This document shows, one piece after another, positions 36,713 to 41,895 of a stretch of DNA of 41,895 bases (position 1 is its first letter; each line of letters begins with the position of its first letter). A program made the position numbers and the translations under genes. This DNA is from Deltaproteobacteria bacterium (GTDB taxonomy: Bacteria > Desulfobacterota > Binatia > UBA12015): positions 1 through 41,895 of the forward strand of contig JAYGCM010000038.1 of NCBI GenBank assembly GCA_046583355.1. Direction: 5' to 3'. The notes under the pieces were generated by a model. The model saw only the letters and a program-made list of their open reading frames with translations, had not been told where the DNA came from and did no database searches.

Positions 36713-36775
36713 TCAGACCCGCGGCAGCCGCAGCGGGGCGCAACCCAACCCAACCCGCACTGGAGGTGGAGTAGT

Positions 36776-37594
36776 ATGTCGATGAGGCGAAAGGTCGCAT
36801 TTGTGACCGGCGCAAGCCGTGGTATAGGGCGTGCCTCGGCGCTGGCACTGGCCGAGAAAGGCTTCGATGTCGTCGTGACCGCGCGCACCGTGCGCGAGGG
36901 GGAGGGCGCGGATTCCCTCCCGGGCAGCATCGAGACCACCGCCGCCGAGGTAGAGGCGCTTGGCCAACGCGCGCTTCCCTTGCGGATCGATCTGCAGGAC
37001 CGAGCCTCGATGCAGGCGGCGGTGGCCGAGACCGTGGCGCGTTGGGGACATATCGACGTGTTGCTGAACAATGCCATCTACAAGGGTGCGGCCAGCATGC
37101 AACTCGTCCTTGACTTGGATTTGGAAGAAGTTCGCAGGCTCTTCGAAGCCAACGTGATTGCGCAGACGTATCTGATTCAGCAGGTGCTGCCCGGCATGCT
37201 CCAGCGCGACAGCGGCCTCGTCCTCAATATGGTCTCGGGTTCCGCTGTGAGCGACCCGCCAGCGCCGGCCGGGCAGGGCGGCTGGGGCTTCGCGTATGCG
37301 GCCAGCAAGGCCGCGTTGCTTCGCATGGTCGGTGTTCTCGCGGTCGAGCACGCGGACTCTTCGGTACGTTTCATGAACGTTGACCCGGGCCTGGTCCTGA
37401 CCGAGTCCATGCGGGCCAAGGCGCGGAGTGCGGCGCTATTGAAGTACCACAAGCCGGCACCGATGGAGGTGCCGGCCTCGGCGATCGCCTGGTTGGCGAC
37501 CGATGCTGACGCCGCAAAATACAACGGCCGCACCGTGGACGCCCAACCCCTTTGCCTGGAGCTCGAGCTTCAGCCGGATTGGCGGCATGGCTAG
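36776..37594 (+). CDS. SDR family NAD(P)-dependent oxidoreductase
   Basis: TGASRGIG, LLNNA, YAASK; GGAGG RBS. Confidence 0.95.
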   Translation: MSMRRKVAFVTGASRGIGRASALALAEKGFDVVVTARTVREGEGADSLPGSIETTAAEVEALGQRALPLRIDLQDRASMQAAVAETVARWGHIDVLLNNAIYKGAASMQLVLDLDLEEVRRLFEANVIAQTYLIQQVLPGMLQRDSGLVLNMVSGSAVSDPPAPAGQGGWGFAYAASKAALLRMVGVLAVEHADSSVRFMNVDPGLVLTESMRAKARSAALLKYHKPAPMEVPASAIAWLATDADAAKYNGRTVDAQPLCLELELQPDWRHG

Positions 37595-37612
37595 AGGCGC
37601 GCCCACGGGGCG

Positions 37613-38173
37613 TTGCCTATCGCAAACCAAACGAGGTTCTCGCCGATGATGAAACAGTTGCTGTTCAAGATCTTCGTCAGCAAATTCGGTACCCATCTCG
37701 ACAATGCGTTGGTGCGTTTCACGGGCTGGTCGTTGATCACGAATCTGGTGGCCGTCCAGCAAAAGATGGCATATCAGCCGTCGCTCCTGTTCCAGACGAT
37801 AGGAGCCAGGACGGGCGAGATCCGGCGGTGCGTGCTCCCTTACCAGCGCTACGGCGACCGCTACTTCGTCGTCGGTTCGAAGGCCGGGGCGAAAACGGAT
37901 CCGGCATGGGCAATCAACATCCGACGGAATCCATCGTGCTGGTTGTACATCGATCGCCGACGGGTTCCCGCGCGCGGCTATGTCGCCGAAGGCGAAGAGC
38001 GTGAGCGGCTCTGGCAGCAGCTGATGGACGGAGGGGCGCAATTGTACGCCGAGTATCAGGAGAAGGCTCGTCCCAGGATCCTCCCGATCGTCGTGCTCGA
38101 GCCCCTCGACGGGCGCCCTTCCGGACCCACTCGAATTCCGGCGCGGCAGCCCGACGGCGCGACTGAACGATGA
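37613..38173 (+). CDS. Deazaflavin (F420)-dependent nitroreductase family protein (Ddn-like split beta-barrel)
   Basis: LLFQTIGARTGEIRRCVL, VVGSKAGAKTDPAWAINIRRNP, YAEYQEKARPRILPIVVL; start uncertain (37613 or 37646). Confidence 0.88.
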   Translation: MPIANQTRFSPMMKQLLFKIFVSKFGTHLDNALVRFTGWSLITNLVAVQQKMAYQPSLLFQTIGARTGEIRRCVLPYQRYGDRYFVVGSKAGAKTDPAWAINIRRNPSCWLYIDRRRVPARGYVAEGEERERLWQQLMDGGAQLYAEYQEKARPRILPIVVLEPLDGRPSGPTRIPARQPDGATER

Positions 38174-38994
38174 AGAAGCCTGGACCGGACTTCGCGCGCC
38201 GATACGGGCCGTGGTCTCTCGTGATCGGTGCTGCCGAAGGCCTCGGCGCGGCCTTTGCCGAGGCGTTGGCGGAGGTAGGCCTGAACCTGGTCCTTGTCGA
38301 TCGACAATCGGAGAAGCTGGCCGATACAGCGGATCGGCTGCGTCGAGCGTATGGCCACGAGGTCCGGGAGGCAGTCGTCGATTTGACGGAAGACGATTTC
38401 CTCGTGCAGATTTCAGGGGCGACGCAAGGCCTCGAGATCGGCTTGTTGATCTGCAACGCGGCGCTCGGCGAGGTCGGCCCGTTCGAGGATTCGGACCTCG
38501 CCTCCCTGCTCGCGATCGTTGACGTGAACGTAAAGGCGCCATTGGCGCTGACCCACACCTACGGCCGCGCCATGGTGCAGCGAGGGCGCGGTGGAATCAT
38601 CGTGCTCGCATCCAACTCCGCCTATCATGGCACGCCTTACGTCGCGCATTACGCGGCAACCAAAGCCTACAACCTCGTGCTGGGCGAAGGCCTCTGGTTT
38701 GAGTGGGCGCGCTACGGAGTCGATGTGATGGCCTTCGCTCCCGGCGCGACCAACACACCGGGCTTGCGCCGAGCGAAGCCCGGATTGATCGCAGGGCGAA
38801 AGTCGCGCGGAGTGATGCAGCCGGAGGACTCAGCCCGAGCCGCGTTGGCGGCGTTGGGGAAGGTGCCGAGTGCGCGACCCGGAGTTCTCGAAACTCTCCA
38901 GACGTTTTTCCTGACGCGAATCCTGGGTCGGCACCGCGCGGTACGTGTCGCGGGCGCGTACATCCGCAAGAACCTCGAGAGCACGAAAACCTGA
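38170..38994 (+). CDS. SDR family oxidoreductase (17-beta-HSD/DltE-like)
   Basis: RYGPWSLVIGAAEGLG, ICNAA, YAATK; ATGA overlap. Confidence 0.93.
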   Translation: MKKPGPDFARRYGPWSLVIGAAEGLGAAFAEALAEVGLNLVLVDRQSEKLADTADRLRRAYGHEVREAVVDLTEDDFLVQISGATQGLEIGLLICNAALGEVGPFEDSDLASLLAIVDVNVKAPLALTHTYGRAMVQRGRGGIIVLASNSAYHGTPYVAHYAATKAYNLVLGEGLWFEWARYGVDVMAFAPGATNTPGLRRAKPGLIAGRKSRGVMQPEDSARAALAALGKVPSARPGVLETLQTFFLTRILGRHRAVRVAGAYIRKNLESTKT

Positions 38995-39042
38995 GCGAAT
39001 CAGGGGAGTCAGAGGTCATTCCCGGGTGGCGCGAAAGCAGCG

Positions 39043-40101
39043 CTACCACAACCTCACGATCGTCCGTCCGATAGTCTGGCGGTTCGCGAGGGCATCGAGG
39101 GCGGCGGGGAGTTCTTCGAACGCGACGACGCGGCCGATCACCGGCTTGACCTGCTTGCTCAGAACGAGTGCGTTGATCTCGCGCATGACACGCTCTCCGA
39201 GTTGGTCCGGCACGAAATTCCATCCGATCGCGCGCTTCAGGAGGGGGGCAATCGCGTCTGACGCGTAGGCGAGCATCACTCCGCAGAGTTTGAAATTGCC
39301 GCCCGACACGCTGCGCGGAACGATGAACTTCTGATCCACCACGCTTTTGTCGGAGGCGAAACCCATCATCAGATAGTGGCCGTTGTAGGCGACGCATTTC
39401 ATGGATTTTTCCATGACGGCCTCGCCCACATTGTCGAATACGACATCGACACCTCGCCCGCGGGTCTCGTCGAGCACGATCTCCGAGAAGTCATTTTCCT
39501 GGTAGTCGATCACGACGTCCGCACCGAGCTCACGGCAGAGCTCGAGCTTTTCAGCCGAACTCGCTGTCGCGAATACGCGCGCTCCCCTGTGCTTGGCAAT
39601 CTGGATCGCCGCCGAACCCGAACCTCCGGCCGCGGCGTGAATCAATACACTTTGGCCGGCCCGGAGATCGGCGCGGTCGAGGAGGCCGAGCCATGCCAGG
39701 TGAAACGGGAAGTAGAGCGCAGCCGCACCCGGCAGGGGAATCTCGGCTGGCATCTCGAACGCGGACTCGACGGGGCATCGCGCGTATTCGGCGAAGCCTC
39801 CGTTTGCCTGCTTGGGTAGCGCGACGACTCGCTTGCCCTGCCAGCTCTCCGTGCCTTCCCCGCAGGCATCGACGATACCCATCACTTCCATCCCCGGAAT
39901 GGATGGAAGCTCGGGCCGGACCACCATATTGCGGCCCGTGACACGATCCATATCGTTGAGATTCAGGGGGATCGCCTGCACGCGCACGCGTAGTTCACCG
40001 GCCTCTGGCACGGGCACCGGCACGTCATCCAACTGAAGTACGTCCGCGGTCGGCCCGTACTCGTGTACCCTCCAGGCACGCATGATTTTCGGATTGCTCA
40101 T
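39043..40101 (-). CDS. NADPH:quinone oxidoreductase family (MDR, zeta-crystallin-like)
   Basis: IPGMEVMG, GGFAEY, VLIHAAAGGSGSAAIQIAK, GRGVDVVFDNVG. Confidence 0.93.
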   Translation of the reverse strand: MSNPKIMRAWRVHEYGPTADVLQLDDVPVPVPEAGELRVRVQAIPLNLNDMDRVTGRNMVVRPELPSIPGMEVMGIVDACGEGTESWQGKRVVALPKQANGGFAEYARCPVESAFEMPAEIPLPGAAALYFPFHLAWLGLLDRADLRAGQSVLIHAAAGGSGSAAIQIAKHRGARVFATASSAEKLELCRELGADVVIDYQENDFSEIVLDETRGRGVDVVFDNVGEAVMEKSMKCVAYNGHYLMMGFASDKSVVDQKFIVPRSVSGGNFKLCGVMLAYASDAIAPLLKRAIGWNFVPDQLGERVMREINALVLSKQVKPVIGRVVAFEELPAALDALANRQTIGRTIVRLW

Positions 40102-40122
40102 CTTGAACTCCTCGCGGCCTGG

Positions 40123-41298
40123 CTATTCGGGCTGCAGGCCGAAACGGTCGATATAGGTCTGGAAGTCGCGCCGGACCTCGGCGGGATTCACGCCGAACTC
40201 CTCGGGCGAGTAGTTGTGCGTTCCGTGCTTTCCCTTCGGATTGTCGGTGACGAAGGCGCGCATGCGCGCCTCGCCGTCCTGGCTCATCGGAAGAGCAAAG
40301 GCCTGGTAGATCTTCTCCACGGCGCCGAAGGGATCGGCGATGAAATCGCCGAATTGGAGGTCATAGAAGATCGCCTCGGGGTACACGCGCGCCTCGCGCA
40401 CTTCGAGAGCATGCATCGCGACCCGGCATAGACGCGAGGTCCAGTCCCGGGCGATCTCGGTGCGGTCGACCTCGTCGCTGCCCATTGTGCGCACGAGCGA
40501 GGTGAGGCTCGCGTAAGAGGTCACCGAATCGACCGGCTCGCGGTGGGTGAACACAATCCGCGCGTCGGGATAGGTCGCGAGAAGATGTTCGAGGCCCCAC
40601 ATATGCGCTCCGGTTTTCAGAACCCATCGGTCCAGTCGGTGGCGCGATTGCAGATGTTGAAGCTGCTGTTTGTGAAAATTGTAGACGTGGCTGAAGTCAG
40701 CCTCGCCGTCGACCCAATCCTGGTAGCTCGGTACCCGGAACTGATTGTGAAAAAGAGGCGTGCACATCGCTTCGCCCATCATCGTGACGCATTCCTGGCT
40801 CAACCGAGCGCCCATCGGATGCATGGCCTTGAAGCCCGGCATCTGGGCATCGATGTCCGGAAACAACGACTCGCAAACCTCGATGCGTGGGTCCATGTCA
40901 AACGTTGCGGTTTCGGGCGGCGGCGATGGAAACATCGTCTCCCAGGTCATCGGCACGCGGTTGGTCGGGTCGTGCGCGAGGATATCGTGCAGAATCGTGG
41001 TCCCGGTGCGCGGCATGCCGATGATGAAGATCGGCTGAATGATCTCCTGCTCGGCGATTTCCGGAAAGAGCTTGCGATCTTCCACATAATGGAGACGATT
41101 GACGGTATGACCCAGGATTCGCTCTCGGGCGATGATGCGACCAATTGAATTCAACCGTGCTTCGTCTTCAAGCGAGGCGATCAGCCGGTTGAGAGGATCG
41201 ACAAAGGGACCGTCGCCCAACTCCGAAAGCCCGCCCGAGCGCTCCTGCGCTTCCCTCAATAACCCGGTGGCGTCGAGACTCAATTCATTATCAGTCAC
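40123..41298 (-). CDS. Sulfotransferase family protein (Sulfotransfer_3, mycobacterial Stf-like)
   Basis: PIFIIGMPRTGTTILH PAPS-binding loop; RWVLKT..H, YPDARIVFTHREP; GAGGAG RBS + GTG start. Confidence 0.93.
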   Translation of the reverse strand: MTDNELSLDATGLLREAQERSGGLSELGDGPFVDPLNRLIASLEDEARLNSIGRIIARERILGHTVNRLHYVEDRKLFPEIAEQEIIQPIFIIGMPRTGTTILHDILAHDPTNRVPMTWETMFPSPPPETATFDMDPRIEVCESLFPDIDAQMPGFKAMHPMGARLSQECVTMMGEAMCTPLFHNQFRVPSYQDWVDGEADFSHVYNFHKQQLQHLQSRHRLDRWVLKTGAHMWGLEHLLATYPDARIVFTHREPVDSVTSYASLTSLVRTMGSDEVDRTEIARDWTSRLCRVAMHALEVREARVYPEAIFYDLQFGDFIADPFGAVEKIYQAFALPMSQDGEARMRAFVTDNPKGKHGTHNYSPEEFGVNPAEVRRDFQTYIDRFGLQPE

Positions 41299-41344
41299 GT
41301 TTTCTCCTCTCAGATAATACTGCGAAATTCAGTGCCGGTGATAG

Positions 41345-41895
41345 TCAGTCGCGGACTTCGCGAGGGACATTGTAGCGTTGCCGGTAGGCGGCGAAGGTTT
41401 CGTCGATCGCTTCGGGGCGGAGCCCGAAATCGGTGGCGTCGTAGCGGTGGCGCCCGAAGGCGCTCTGCGGGCGCTGGGCGAGGAAGGTGCGGATCCGTTC
41501 TTCTTGCGCGGGATCGAGTTCGTCGCCGAAATGCGCATAGACGCGGCGAACCGCCGCGACCGGATCCCGCATCAGGTCTTCGTATTGCAGATGGCAACAC
41601 CACTTCGGATCCTCGGCGGCTGCGTCGAAGGCCATGCCGCGCTCTACGCCGACAGCCAGCTCGCGGTTCCATTCCCGCCCGGTGGCGATGGGGTCGGGGT
41701 CGCGGCTGAAGGTGCGGTAGAAGGCCATATTGAGGCTCGCCACGGAGGGCACGACCTTGCGGGGGTCGCGATGCGTCCAGATCACGCGCGCGTCGGGGTA
41801 GGTCGCGAAAAGAGCATCGAAGCTCCAGAGGTGTTGCGGCGTCTTGAGGTTCCAGCGCGAGGCGGGAAAATCAGCCTGCAGCGCCTGCAGGACGA
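41345..41895 (-). CDS. Sulfotransferase family protein, C-terminal part (5' end outside window)
   Basis: Frame open to the window edge: RWNLKTPQHLWSFDALFATYPDARVIWTHRDP...YEDLMRDP...GRHRY; paralog of 40123-41298. Confidence 0.92.
   Translation of the reverse strand, partial: VLQALQADFPASRWNLKTPQHLWSFDALFATYPDARVIWTHRDPRKVVPSVASLNMAFYRTFSRDPDPIATGREWNRELAVGVERGMAFDAAAEDPKWCCHLQYEDLMRDPVAAVRRVYAHFGDELDPAQEERIRTFLAQRPQSAFGRHRYDATDFGLRPEAIDETFAAYRQRYNVPREVRD

Noticed and set aside
36741..36756. (CAACC)3 microsatellite between the DUF1214 gene and the SDR
   Set aside because: Too short to support a function

Overview
High-GC bacterial DNA, gene-dense, with no rRNA, tRNA or CRISPR array seen. The domain repertoire suggests a Myxococcota-related or Ca. 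Binatia-type deltaproteobacterium (inference). The first ~25 kb is an island of large, signal-peptide-bearing, Cys-rich secreted proteins: a DUF6345-like putative clan-CD protease with a partner, a Kazal inhibitor, a delta-60/Cys-repeat mosaic, a disintegrin-repeat protein, three parallel beta-helix proteins, a 12x Ig-like (Big_2) protein and an astacin-TSP1-MAM metalloprotease. Two unnamed modules recur across unrelated proteins and are the best candidates for an undescribed sorting or anchoring system: a basic ~135-180 aa C-terminal beta-rich domain (4 proteins) and a C-x21-C helical module (3 proteins). Next (25.5-33.2 kb) come two GT-C-type membrane glycosyltransferases flanking two sulfatase-fold genes. 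The window ends with a cluster of a TetR regulator, two exported DUF1214 proteins, two SDRs, a Ddn-like F420 reductase, a quinone oxidoreductase and two sulfotransferases. Three gene relics not obvious from the ORF track were found: an IS66 transposase tail, a fatty-acid desaturase C-terminus and a PIN/VapC fragment. All family calls come from motif recognition by eye; no searches were run.
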